Counted from the stretch's first letter, positions 1-9,386 are shown. The stretch: DNA of 36,579 nt from Chromatiaceae bacterium (GCA_016938795.1 JAFGTZ010000171.1:1-36579); one strand, 5' to 3'. Program-made: numbers and translations. The notes: generated by a model not told the origin, from the letters alone.

Positions 1-1130
1 AGCTTGATGCGGTTGCTGATCTTGGTCAGCCAGTCGGTGGTGGAAAGGGCTTCGAGCTGGAGGTTCTTATCCGCCAGCTCGCGCGTGCGCGCCTCGACCT
101 TCTGCTCAAGTTGGGCGTTGGCGGCCTGCAGCCGCTGTTGCGAACGACGGATCTGCTCGCTCATGAGGTTGAAGGCGCGGATCAGAATGCCGAGTTCGTC
201 CTGGCGCGCCACCCTGGCCTCGCCAAGCGGCGCAAAGTCTCCTCGGGCCATTGTTTCGGCGTGTCGGGTGAGTTGCCGCAGCGGCTGGATGATGGTGAAG
301 AGTGTGATGAGCGAGATGGCGAGCAGCGAGAGGGCGAAGAGAAGGGCTCCCTCGATCAGCCGCACCCGGGTCAGATGCTGTATGGCTGTGCGGGCATTGC
401 GCTCGCTCTCCTCGATCAGACGGGCAATGCCTTCATCGGCCTTACGGCGCAGCGCCTCAAGGCTGTCGGTGTGGTAGTGAAAGATGACCCGTCCGAGATA
501 ATCGTCCTCGATGACAGACTGCTCCAGTCGGCTCAGGGTGCGCTCGGGGCTTGCGAAGCGCTCGCGCAGCCGACTCAGCGCCCCATCTCGATCGAGCCTA
601 TAGCCATCGAAGAGCCGATCCTCCCAGTCGAGCACCTCCACGGCGACCAGCTCCTCGCGCGCAAGCAGCAGCTCGACCGAGGTCTTGATCATGAGGCGGT
701 TGATGAGGTCGATGGAGTCGATGGAAAAGTGATGGGCGCGGATCTTGAGGCACTGATAGGCGCGCCCGGCCTCCTGCCCGCTCAGGCAATCGGCGAACTG
801 CTCAACCACCCGCTCCTCAACCTGATCGCTGTTGTCGCGAATCATGCTGATCTGGCTTTGCAGCGGACCGCGAACCGCCTTGGTGATAATGGTGAGTTGC
901 GCCTGCAGATCGGCGCTCAGGCGCGCCTCGGCCTCGGCAATCTCGGTGCGAAAGGTCTCGCGCTGGGTGGCGATGCGCTCCTCGCGAACCTCTTTGAGCT
1001 GCTCGCGCGCGAGCTGCAGGGTGATGATGTTTCCGATCGAAAAAATGAGCAGCAGAATGCCGAAAAAACTGGCAATGAGCCGAAAGTTCAGTGAACGCGG
1101 TGACAGAGGCGAGATGGCGCGCAGCGGCAT
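1..1130 (-). CDS. Membrane sensor with HAMP domain and start of a GGDEF (diguanylate cyclase) domain; 3' end runs off the window
   Basis: Not in the ORF track because no stop codon lies in the window. Hand translation from ATG 1130 is open to base 1: MPLRAISPLSPRSLNFRLIASFFGILLLIFSIGNII (TM1), about 230 aa periplasmic region, LIEGALLFALSLLAISLITLFTII (TM2), QPLRQLTRHAETMARGDF...QDELGILIRAFNLM (HAMP), coiled coil LEQKVEARTRELADKNLQLE, then STTDWLTKISNR (the DxLT..NR entry into GGDEF domains). The catalytic motif lies outside the window. Confidence 0.85.
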   Translation of the reverse strand, partial: MPLRAISPLSPRSLNFRLIASFFGILLLIFSIGNIITLQLAREQLKEVREERIATQRETFRTEIAEAEARLSADLQAQLTIITKAVRGPLQSQISMIRDNSDQVEERVVEQFADCLSGQEAGRAYQCLKIRAHHFSIDSIDLINRLMIKTSVELLLAREELVAVEVLDWEDRLFDGYRLDRDGALSRLRERFASPERTLSRLEQSVIEDDYLGRVIFHYHTDSLEALRRKADEGIARLIEESERNARTAIQHLTRVRLIEGALLFALSLLAISLITLFTIIQPLRQLTRHAETMARGDFAPLGEARVARQDELGILIRAFNLMSEQIRRSQQRLQAANAQLEQKVEARTRELADKNLQLEALSTTDWLTKISNRIK

Positions 1131-1138
1131 GGGAGGGC

Positions 1139-2416
1139 TCAGCGCGACCAGTTGGCGCGGTCGCGGATGAGGTTAAGTTCGGCCTCCAGCTGACGCAGCG
1201 CCGCATCGGGATCAAGTTCACCGGAGAGCACCGCATGCACCGCGCCATAGAACTTTTTCGACACCTTGGGATAGCTCACGCCCGTGACCGTGGAGGGGCG
1301 CGCGACGCCATTGAGCAGCACATCCTTGTAGGCCACCATGAAGGCGCGCTCCGGCACCTGCCCAAGCGCCGCGTAGAGCGCAATGATACTCGGGCTGAAG
1401 GAATGCTCGGTGGCATACCAATATTGCGACGCTTCGCCGGTGAGCGCATCGAGCAACTGCGCCGCCTCGGGGATGTTGCTGGAGTAGCGCGAGATGGCGA
1501 GACTCATGTCCCCGAGCGTGCCCGAGTGCTTGCCGTCCGCGCCGCCCTTGGGGATCGGCACCACGCCCACCTTGCCATGCACCGCCGAACCGGGCGCCTC
1601 GACATTTTTCCAGTATTCCATCCAGTTGCGCATGAAGATGGCTTGCCCCGAAACAAAGCGCTGCGAGCTTTCAAACTCGGTGTAGCTCAGCACCTCGGGC
1701 GGCGAGATGGTGCCGATCCAGCCGCGCGCCATCTCAAGGGCCTGACGCGCCTGGGGGTTGTTGATGGTGATATCGCCGCGCGCGTTGACGATGCTGCCGC
1801 CCCGATACGAATCGACCCATTCGAGCGCGTTGCAGGTGAGACCCTCGTAGGCATTGCCCTGCCAGACATAGCCAACAAGGTCGGGATCGGCCTCGCGCTC
1901 CAGAATGACGCGCGCGATGCGCTCCAGCTCGGCCCAGGTCTCGGGCGGCGCGAAGCCGTGCTTGTCGAGCAGATCCTTGCGGTAATAGAGCAGTCCGGCG
2001 TCGGTGAAGAGCGGCAGCCCAAGCAGGCGTCCCTCGGCATCGGTGAGGTTGGCGATGATGGGCGGAAAATGCTGCTCGATGTGCTCGGGCGGCAGATAGT
2101 CCCGCAGATCGACCAGATGCTTGCCCAGCACGCCGGGCCACACCGTGTCGATGAGCAGGATGTCGAACTCGTTGCTCTGCTGAGACAGAAACTGCCGATA
2201 GAGGCCCAGCAGGTTATCGGCCATGCGCCCGGCCTCGTAGGGGATGACCACTTGCCCCTGCTCGGCAGCCAGCGCCTTGGCGCGTTCCTGAAAGGCCTCG
2301 CAGCCCAATAACATGCAGCTGAAGCGGATGTCCTCCGCGCTCGCCAAGGGGGGAGCAAGCATGAAGAGCGCAAGCAGCGCGATCTTGAGTGATGAGAGCA
2401 ACGAACCCACGGCCAT
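1139..2416 (-). CDS. Periplasmic sugar-type ABC substrate-binding protein (trehalose/maltose-binding, ThuE-like)
   Basis: Signal peptide ending ASA|EDIRF; motifs DILLIDTVWPG, LPLFTDAGLLYYRKDLL, PPETWAEL, GYVWQGNAYEGLTCNALEW, FMRNW. ATG 2416 preferred; TTG 2431 is the alternative. Confidence 0.88.
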   Translation of the reverse strand: MAVGSLLSSLKIALLALFMLAPPLASAEDIRFSCMLLGCEAFQERAKALAAEQGQVVIPYEAGRMADNLLGLYRQFLSQQSNEFDILLIDTVWPGVLGKHLVDLRDYLPPEHIEQHFPPIIANLTDAEGRLLGLPLFTDAGLLYYRKDLLDKHGFAPPETWAELERIARVILEREADPDLVGYVWQGNAYEGLTCNALEWVDSYRGGSIVNARGDITINNPQARQALEMARGWIGTISPPEVLSYTEFESSQRFVSGQAIFMRNWMEYWKNVEAPGSAVHGKVGVVPIPKGGADGKHSGTLGDMSLAISRYSSNIPEAAQLLDALTGEASQYWYATEHSFSPSIIALYAALGQVPERAFMVAYKDVLLNGVARPSTVTGVSYPKVSKKFYGAVHAVLSGELDPDAALRQLEAELNLIRDRANWSR

Positions 2417-2475
2417 CCTTCCGGTGTGCAATCAAGGCGCGAAGCGGTCTGACCGTCTCGCGAGCGACTGGGGAG

Positions 2476-2484
2476 AGTATACCA
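2476..2484 (-). promoter_or_regulatory. Candidate extended -10 sigma70 promoter (TGGTATACT) for the SBP-GGDEF pair
   Basis: The minus strand reads TG-G-TATACT about 60 nt upstream of the SBP start. Motif match only. Confidence 0.45.
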
Positions 2485-2507
2485 AGCGCGGCTGGGTTTT
2501 CGATTCT

Positions 2508-2537
2508 GGGCCCGGCCTCAGGGCCCGGCCTCAGGGC
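2508..2537. repeat. 13-bp tandem duplication GGGCCCGGCCTCA x2.3
   Basis: 2508-2520 and 2521-2533 are identical, followed by GGGC. The second copy contains the stop codon of the VapC remnant. Confidence 0.9.
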
Positions 2538-2599
2538 TCGACCCAGGTGACCAGGGACAAGCCGTCAATCCGCTCGAACTCGCGGAGATTGTGGCTGAC
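2531..2599 (-). pseudogene. C-terminal remnant of a VapC (PIN domain) toxin
   Basis: The minus strand reads VSHNLREFERIDGLSLVTWVEP*, matching the typical VapC C-terminus (LVTxNxREFxRVxGLxLxxW). An in-frame TGA at 2612-2614 lies just upstream and there is no start codon. Confidence 0.7.
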
Positions 2600-2617
2600 C
2601 GAGGTGGAATCTCAGTG

Positions 2618-2950
2618 TTATCCGATTTCGATACAGGCCGTTTCGGGGTTAGCAAAACGCTGCTCGATCGCGTCCCGATGTTCGAGCAGGATCTGCGTGA
2701 TTTTGCCTTTCGTAACGTTGCCGACTTGCAGCCAGATGACCCTTGGTGGCGTCCCATACAGCAGGCTCAACTCATAGAAGTCCGAATCCTTGGTAACGAT
2801 GACGAAGTCGTTGGCCTTGGCGTACTGCCAGATATCAAGGTCGAAAGATTGCTCAAGCCCTTCCAGAACAATCTGTGAACTCCCAGGAAAAGCCGTTTGG
2901 AGAAAAGGCACGATCCGCCGCGAAAGATTCTCGTCCAAGAGAAGCTTCAT
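2618..2950 (-). CDS. DUF5615-family PIN-like protein (putative VapC45-like toxin)
   Basis: MKLLLDENLS start, D..IWQYA, IVTKDSDF and PPRVIWLQVGN motifs; 110 aa; 4-nt ATGA overlap with the upstream DUF433 gene. Confidence 0.88.
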   Translation of the reverse strand: MKLLLDENLSRRIVPFLQTAFPGSSQIVLEGLEQSFDLDIWQYAKANDFVIVTKDSDFYELSLLYGTPPRVIWLQVGNVTKGKITQILLEHRDAIEQRFANPETACIEIG

Positions 2951-3174
2951 TTCGCCTGAAGGCCCGCAATGCGCCGCTCACGATCAGCGGCAAACCCCAG
3001 GCAGGCCTGAATATCTTCCAGTTCGAGTTCAGGGAAGTCTTCGATAATTTGCCCAGGAGACAGCCCGCTGGAGAGTTGGTCCAGCACGTCGTAAACGGTG
3101 ATGCGCAATCCTCTCACGCAAGGGCGGCCACCACGTTTGCCCGGCTCGACGGTAATGCGTTCTCGGTAATTCAT
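2947..3174 (-). CDS. DUF433-family protein (putative antitoxin)
   Basis: ITVEPGKRGGRPCVRGLRITVYDVLDQLSSG...IIEDFPELELEDIQACLGFAA is the DUF433 signature; 75 aa. Confidence 0.92.
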   Translation of the reverse strand: MNYRERITVEPGKRGGRPCVRGLRITVYDVLDQLSSGLSPGQIIEDFPELELEDIQACLGFAADRERRIAGLQAK

Positions 3175-3274
3175 GGTTGCAAGGCTCCGGGTTGGTTTCA
3201 GTCACCGCGCTAGCCCGTGTCGGCTATTGCTTCAGCCAGTAGATCTGTCTCGGTATCCGTTCTGCGTCCCTGGA

Positions 3275-4315
3275 TCAGACATGAGCCCCCGCGCCCCTGT
3301 CAATCCAGCGGCGCAGGCCGCCTTGCGCGCGCCAGCCGCGCCACCAGCGCCATCTGGCCCCATTCGACAGACGCCATTGCCGCCCCGCCAAGGGGTCGAT
3401 GAGCCGGATGGGACCGCCCTCCCAAGAATCGCCAAGCCGCTGGTCGAGGCGCTGAAGCGCCGCGAGCCAGGCGTCGAGATCGCGCGCGCGCAGCGCCTCG
3501 GCGGGGCCTTCGTCATACAGTAGCCAGGCGCCATCCCGCGCCGCGAGCGGACCCGCTGCGTCCAGGGCGCGGTATTCGCAGCCGCCCCAGCGCGCCAGGC
3601 CCCGCAGCAGGGGATGATCGCCGATCAGCCGCGCCGGCAGGCGCGCGGGCGGCGTCTCGGGGAGCGCACCGCCGCCCCAGATCCAGACGCCATTGATGGC
3701 GGCCTGTCCGCGACGCGCGCGCGCCTGGTTCGACTCGGCAGCGTGGAGCAGCATCTGCGCCTCGGTCTGGCGGCGCGCCCAGAGCGCGCCATGCTGGCCC
3801 CCAAGATCGTCGCGCGTCAGCGGCTCGCCGAGCACGGCAGACAGGGGCCGGGTGCGCAGATCGGTCGCGGTGTCGAGACGCAGATACCAGCGGCACGGAT
3901 GCGGGGCCGACCAGGCGAGCCCCTCCTCGGCAAAATGGCTGTTGAGGAGCGCCACCAGCGCCTCGGCCTCGGCGGCGCTCGGCTCCACGGCGCAGAGGCG
4001 CAGACGGTCGAGATCGGCGTGCAGATGCACCGGATCGGCATGCAGCCACCAGCCGCCCGCCTCGGGGCGCGCCTCGGGGGCGTCGCCTAGCCGGCACAGC
4101 GCGGCGCTCGGCGAGCCGTGCGCGGGATCGGGTCTCAACCCGCAGAGACCGAGCAGTGAGCCCAGCGGATCGGACTCGGGCCAGGGGCTGGAGTCGGCGC
4201 GCCCAAGCAGCCGATCAAGCGCAGGCAGCGCGGGAAAGGGCTCGGGCAGCCGCGGCACCGGGCCGCAGAGACCCGGCACGACGAGGATGGGTGTCTCTCC
4301 CGCTGCGCCGGTCAC
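3275..4315 (-). CDS. RpfE-like / cofactor-independent phosphoglycerate-mutase-like conserved protein
   Basis: WLHADPVHL, LLNSHFAEEGL, P.RWYL, EAQMLLH...NQAR..RGQAAINGVWIWGGG motifs; GTG start overlaps the metZ stop. Confidence 0.7.
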   Translation of the reverse strand: MTGAAGETPILVVPGLCGPVPRLPEPFPALPALDRLLGRADSSPWPESDPLGSLLGLCGLRPDPAHGSPSAALCRLGDAPEARPEAGGWWLHADPVHLHADLDRLRLCAVEPSAAEAEALVALLNSHFAEEGLAWSAPHPCRWYLRLDTATDLRTRPLSAVLGEPLTRDDLGGQHGALWARRQTEAQMLLHAAESNQARARRGQAAINGVWIWGGGALPETPPARLPARLIGDHPLLRGLARWGGCEYRALDAAGPLAARDGAWLLYDEGPAEALRARDLDAWLAALQRLDQRLGDSWEGGPIRLIDPLAGRQWRLSNGARWRWWRGWRAQGGLRRWIDRGAGAHV

Positions 4316-5481
4316 GAGCCCGCGAGCCCGCGCGCGAGATCGGCCTGGATGTCGGCCAGCGACTCCAGCCCCACCGACAGGCGCACCAGCCCCTCGCCGA
4401 TACCGCTCGCCGCGCGCTCCTCGGGGCTCAGGCGTCCGTGGGTGGTGCTGGCGGGATGGGTGATGGTGGTCTTCACGTCGCCGAGATTGGCCGTGATGGA
4501 GAGCAGCCGCGTGGTGTCGATCAGACGCCAGGCGGCCGCGCGCCCGCCGTGCAGCTCAAGGCTCAGAATGCCGCCGCCGGCGCGCATCTGGCGACCCGCC
4601 AGGGAATGCTGGGGGTGGCTCGCGAGGCCCGGATAATGCACCCGCGCCACCGCCGGCTGGCGCTCCAGCCACTCGGCTAGCTCCTGGGCCGCGCGCGACT
4701 GGGCGAGCAGACGCAGCTCCAGCGTCTCCAGCCCCTTGAGAAAGACCCAGGCATTGAAGGGGCTCAGGCTCGGACCCGCCGTGCGCAGCACGCCGAAGAT
4801 GTCGCTGCCCACGCGCTGGCGATCGCCCACCACGGCCCCGCCGACACAGCGCCCCTGACCGTCGAGGTACTTGGTGGCCGAGTGCACCACCAGATCGGCG
4901 CCCCACTCCAGCGGACGCTGGAGCGCCGGGGTGGCAAAACAGTTATCGACCGCGAGCAGCGCATCATGGCGATGGGCGATGTCGGCAAGCGCGGCCAGAT
5001 CGACCATCTCGGTGAGCGGATTCGAGGGCGTCTCGCAAAACAGCAGGCGCGTGCGCCCGCGCTCGATGCCGGCCTCCCAGGCGGCTAGATCGCCGAGCGG
5101 CACATAGGTGGTGGAGACCCCGAAGCGGCTCAGATAGCGATCGAAGAGCTGCGTGGTGCTGCCAAAGAGGCTGCGCGAGGCGAGGATATGATCGCCCGCC
5201 CGCAGCAGCCCCAGACAGAGCGCCAGGATGGCGGCCATGCCCGAGGCGGTGGCCACGGCGCACTCGCCGCCCTCGAGCGCGGCCAGTCGCTGCTCGAAGG
5301 CGCGCACCGTGGGGTTGGTGAAGCGCGAGTAAAGATTGCCCGGCTGCTCGCCGGCAAAGCGCGCCGCCGCCTCGGCGGCCGAGGCGAAGACAAAGCTCGA
5401 GGTGGCAAAGATGGGTTCGGCGTGCTCGCCCTCGGGGGTGCGCGCGTGCCCCGTGCGCAGGGCGCGGGTGGCGAAGCCCAA
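4312..5481 (-). CDS. metZ: O-succinylhomoserine sulfhydrylase
   Basis: EHAEPIFATSSFVF, YSRFTNPTV, HSATKYLDGQGR (PLP lysine), ANLGDVKTTITHPASTTHGR; follows purF. The start is uncertain: there is no ATG after the purF stop, so the in-frame TTG at 5481 with GAGG upstream was chosen. Confidence 0.92.
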   Translation of the reverse strand: MGFATRALRTGHARTPEGEHAEPIFATSSFVFASAAEAAARFAGEQPGNLYSRFTNPTVRAFEQRLAALEGGECAVATASGMAAILALCLGLLRAGDHILASRSLFGSTTQLFDRYLSRFGVSTTYVPLGDLAAWEAGIERGRTRLLFCETPSNPLTEMVDLAALADIAHRHDALLAVDNCFATPALQRPLEWGADLVVHSATKYLDGQGRCVGGAVVGDRQRVGSDIFGVLRTAGPSLSPFNAWVFLKGLETLELRLLAQSRAAQELAEWLERQPAVARVHYPGLASHPQHSLAGRQMRAGGGILSLELHGGRAAAWRLIDTTRLLSITANLGDVKTTITHPASTTHGRLSPEERAASGIGEGLVRLSVGLESLADIQADLARGLAGS

Positions 5482-5524
5482 TTCGGCCCAGTCCTCGGCC
5501 CCGTCCTGAGCGCAGTCCTCGGGG

Positions 5525-7039
5525 TCAGTGGGAATTGTGCAGGTCAATGGCGCTCTCGCTGCTGGCCGCGCGCTGTTCCTTGGCGCAATCGTTGCGCCGC
5601 GCCTCCAGCGCTGCAAGATACTCGGGCGTCACGTCGCCGGTGACATAAAAACCATCGAAGACCGAGGTGTCGAAGCGGTCCACATGGCTCTTGCCCTTCT
5701 TCTGCACCGCCTCGATGAGATCCTCTAGATCCTGGAAGATGAGCCGGTCGGCGCCCAGCTCGGCGCAGATGTCCTGCTCGCTGCGCCCCGAGGCCACCAG
5801 CTCGCTGGCCGCCGGCATGTCGATGCCGTAGACATTGGGATAACGCACCGGCGGCGCGGCCGAGGCCAGATAGACGCGCCGCGCGCCCGCATCGCGCGCC
5901 ATCTGGATAATCTCGCGCGAGGTGGTGCCGCGCACGATGGAGTCATCGACTAGCAGCACGTTCTTCTTGCGGAATTCCAGATAGATGGGATTGAGCTTCT
6001 GGCGCACCGATTTCTTGCGCACCTTCTGGCCCGGCATGATGAAGGTGCGCGCGATGTAGCGGTTCTTGATGAAGCCCTCGGCATAGGGTACGCCGAGATG
6101 GTTGGCAAGCTGAAGCGCGGCGGTGCGGCTGGTGTCGGGCACCGGGATGACTACGTCGATGTCGTGATTCGACCAGGTGCGCTTGATCTTGGCCGCGAGT
6201 TTTTTGCCCATGCGCGAGCGCGCCTTGTGCACCGAGATGTTGTCGATGATCGAATCGGGGCGGGCAAAATAGACGAACTCAAACAGACAGGGCGAGAGAA
6301 TGGGATTGGTTGCGCACTGGCGGGTGTGGAGTCGGCCATCGACCGAGATGAACACCGCCTCGCCCGGGGCCACGTCGGCCAGGATCCGAAAGCCGCTGGT
6401 GTCGAGCGCCACGCTCTCGGAGGCGATCATGTATTCCAGGCCCTCGGGGGTCTCGCGCGCGCCATAAACCAGGGGGCGGATGCCTGCCGGATCACGAAAG
6501 CCAAAGACCCCGAAGCCGGGAATCATGGCCACGGCGGCATAGCCGCCACGACAGCGCCGATGCACCCCGGCCACCGCCTCAAAGACATCGTTCTCGTCGA
6601 TGCGCAGCTTCCCCTGGCGCTGGAGCTCGTGGGCGAAGATGTTGAGCAGCACCTCAGAGTCCGAATCGGTGTTGAGGTGGCGCAGGTCGTCGGCGTAGAG
6701 GTCGTGCTTGAGCGCCTCGGCGTTGGTCAGGTTGCCGTTGTGCGCGAGCACGATGCCGTAGGGCGAGTTGACATAGAAGGGCTGCGCCTCGGCGGAGCTT
6801 GCGGCCCCGGCGGTGGGATAACGCACATGCCCCACGCCCATGTCGCCACGCAACTGGATCATGTGGCGAGTGCGAAAGACATCGCGCGCAAGCCCGTTAT
6901 CCTTGCGCAAATGCAGCCGCTCACCCTCGCAGGTGACGATGCCGGCGGCGTCCTGACCGCGATGCTGCAACACCAGCAGCGCGTCATAGAGTGACTGGTT
7001 GACCGGACTACGGCCAACGATTCCGACGATTCCGCACAT
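5525..7039 (-). CDS. purF: Amidophosphoribosyltransferase
   Basis: MCGIVG N-terminal nucleophile, [27 protein letters not shown]-binding loop [13 protein letters not shown]. Confidence 0.98.
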   Translation of the reverse strand: MCGIVGIVGRSPVNQSLYDALLVLQHRGQDAAGIVTCEGERLHLRKDNGLARDVFRTRHMIQLRGDMGVGHVRYPTAGAASSAEAQPFYVNSPYGIVLAHNGNLTNAEALKHDLYADDLRHLNTDSDSEVLLNIFAHELQRQGKLRIDENDVFEAVAGVHRRCRGGYAAVAMIPGFGVFGFRDPAGIRPLVYGARETPEGLEYMIASESVALDTSGFRILADVAPGEAVFISVDGRLHTRQCATNPILSPCLFEFVYFARPDSIIDNISVHKARSRMGKKLAAKIKRTWSNHDIDVVIPVPDTSRTAALQLANHLGVPYAEGFIKNRYIARTFIMPGQKVRKKSVRQKLNPIYLEFRKKNVLLVDDSIVRGTTSREIIQMARDAGARRVYLASAAPPVRYPNVYGIDMPAASELVASGRSEQDICAELGADRLIFQDLEDLIEAVQKKGKSHVDRFDTSVFDGFYVTGDVTPEYLAALEARRNDCAKEQRAASSESAIDLHNSH

Positions 7040-7156
7040 GAGAGCCCCGGAGCCGCTCCCGGCTGGAGACCGGAACGGCGATGGTGTTAGTAAACGCGGA
7101 AAACTAACGCATCCGGGCGCGCCGCCGCAAGTTTTTCAGCCGCTCCCTCAGGCTAT

Positions 7157-9386
7157 TCAGGTGGCCTGCTTCGTTGCCTCGGCCATCCAGCCCTCCAGCT
7201 GTCCCAATGGCATGGGGCGCGCGAACAGAAAGCCTTGCGCCTCCTGACAGCCCATGGCCAGCAGACGTTGGCGTTGTCTCTCGTTTTCGACCCCTTCGGC
7301 AATGAGGGTCAGGTTGCACTGATGCCCCAGCGCAACGATGAGCGGCGCGATGCTGGCCGATGGATTGGCGTCATCGAGCTCGCTGATGAAGGAACGGTCG
7401 ATCTTGAGACGATCAACATGGAGTTCCCGGAGCACGCTGAGCGAGGAATAACCGGTGCCGAAATCGTCGATGGCAATGCTGACCCCAAGACGACGCAGAT
7501 CAGCGAGCTTGGCGTTGATCGCATCGAGGTGGTCCATGGCGAGCGATTCGGTGAGTTCGAGCTCAATCTGGGGGGCATTGATCCGGCAGTCGGCAATGAC
7601 GCGCTCAATCATGGAGACAAAGCCGGGTTCGCGAAACTGCGCCTGTGAGATATTGATCGCCATGCGAAAGTCGCTGTGGCCCTGTGCGCTCAGCTGCTTG
7701 AGCGCCCGACAGGCGGTGCGCAGCACCCAGTCCCCGAGCGGCACGATGAGACCGGACTGTTCGGCCAGCGGGATAAAGCGGTCGGGCGCCACCCAGCGCC
7801 CCGGCTCGATCTCCCAGCGCAGCAGCGCCTCGGCGCCGATCACCCGTCCGCTGTCCAGGGCGATCTGGGGTTGAAAGGCCAGCGTGAGTTGTTCGGCGTA
7901 AAAGGCGGCGCGCAGCCTGGTCAAGAGCTGCATGCGTTCGCGTGCGGTCTCCCGGAGCCTTTTTGAAAAATAGTTTGCCTTGCCGCGCTGCAGGCGTTTG
8001 CTCTGCTTGAGCGCCATGTTGGCATCCTTGAGCAGTTCGCGACCATTGACCGGCGGTGCCGTTCAATTCGATCAGACTGGCGGTGGCGGAGATGCGGATG
8101 GTTTCGCCCTCAACCCTCAGGGGCTCGGCCAAGGTCTGCTCGATCCGTTCGGGAGTGAGAACGGCGCGCGATCCGAGCAGCCCAAAGGCGTCGCCAGCCA
8201 CCCGCGCCACATTGACCTGTGGGCCAAAGCTCTGGGTCAGTCGAACGGCGAGCGCCTGAAGCACCTGATCGCCAAAGCGATGATCGAGCGCCAGGGCAAT
8301 GGAGGCAAAGTCATCGAGGTCGAGCAGCGCCAGCGTCATGTCCGGCTCGCGCGCCTTCTCTTCGATGAGCTGAATAAGGTGATTGCGGTTGGCAAGCCCG
8401 GTGAGTGGATCAAAGTAGGCCAGTTGGTAGAGCCGGTCGTGCAGCAGAACGTTTTCGAACCCCACCGAGATATTGGCGCAGAAGACCTCCAGCAGATCGC
8501 GATCCATCTGGCTGGGCTCGTGCGTCACGGCGAGAAAGGCCGCCATGCCTTCTGAGTCGTTCACGTTGAAATAGAGACAGACCGACTGCCCGAAGATGTG
8601 TCGTTTTTCAAGCAGACATCGGCGCAGCGCCTCGCGCACCGGCGCCTCGGGCAGCTCCTCAAGGGGGCGATGGATGCTGTTGCGATAACGTCCGGCTGCC
8701 GCGATGACGAGCGGGGCCTCGCCGGAGATGGGGCCCGGGGACGAGGCGCAAATCAAGCCCTCGGGCGCGATATTCAGCAGGGCGCAGACCTGGATGACCA
8801 CCCCCTCGGCAAAGTGTTGCAGGGCGCGCAGCCGGATCAAATCCGTGCTGGCCTCAACGATCAATTCCAGACCCCGACGGCTCATCTCGATCTGGCGGAT
8901 CTGCGCGTAGGAACGGATGGCCACGGTCAGACTGGTGAAGAGACGCACCCGCGTCAGTTCGGACTTGGTGCGGTAGTCGTTGATGTCGTAGGAACGGATG
9001 GTCTCGATCTCGGGCGCATAGCCCGGCTGGCCAGTGCGCAGAATGATGCGGACAGAGTGGTTGTGGAGTTCATCGCGAATCCAGCGGACCAGTTGCAGCC
9101 CGGCATCTTCCGACTCCATGACCACGTCGAGCAGAATGACCGCCACCGAGGGATCGGAGGCGAGAATGGCGCGCGCCTCGCTGGCCGAATAGGCCTGGAG
9201 AAAGAAGAGTGAGCGCCCCTCGATGCCGAGGTCACGCAAGGCCAACAGGGTTGCCTCATGGACATCGGACGCGTCATCGACGATCAGGATGCGCCACGGC
9301 TCAAGCCCGGAGCCGGGCGCTGGCGCGACCGGGTCGTCGATAAATTCGATGAGATCGTCCTGATCACCGTCAGTGAGGTGGCTCAT
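7157..9386 (-). pseudogene. Response regulator REC-(DUF3369-like)-degenerate GGDEF-EAL phosphodiesterase, split by a frameshift near 8050-8062
   Basis: ORF 9386 gives REC (ILIVDD, LLDVVME, TGQPG), DPLTGLANR and RVAGDAF, then turns to non-homologous sequence after LIELNGTA. The next frame resumes VNGRELLKDANMALKQSK and an intact-looking EAL domain (GAEALLRW, ELELTES, DDFGTGYSS, LKIDRSF, AEGVE, QGFLFARP). Could be a real frameshift or a sequencing error. Confidence 0.85.

Noticed and set aside
3175-3280. Possible c-di-GMP-I riboswitch (GGGACGCAG) or TA operator (TAGCC-N6-GGCTA, 3211-3226)
   Set aside because: The P1/P2 architecture and GNRA loop are absent, and the palindrome arms are only 5 bp.
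4532-4539. Inferring the R-M target from site avoidance
   Set aside because: A NotI site GCGGCCGC is present here and CGGCCG occurs elsewhere. A by-eye scan of 36 kb cannot show depletion, so a genome-wide k-mer test is needed.
7085-7110. PurR box upstream of purF
   Set aside because: Does not match the GCAAACGTTTGC-type palindrome.
7605-8050. C-terminal ~150 aa of the 593-aa ORF
   Set aside because: Out-of-frame read-through after the frameshift; the real homology continues in the EAL frame.
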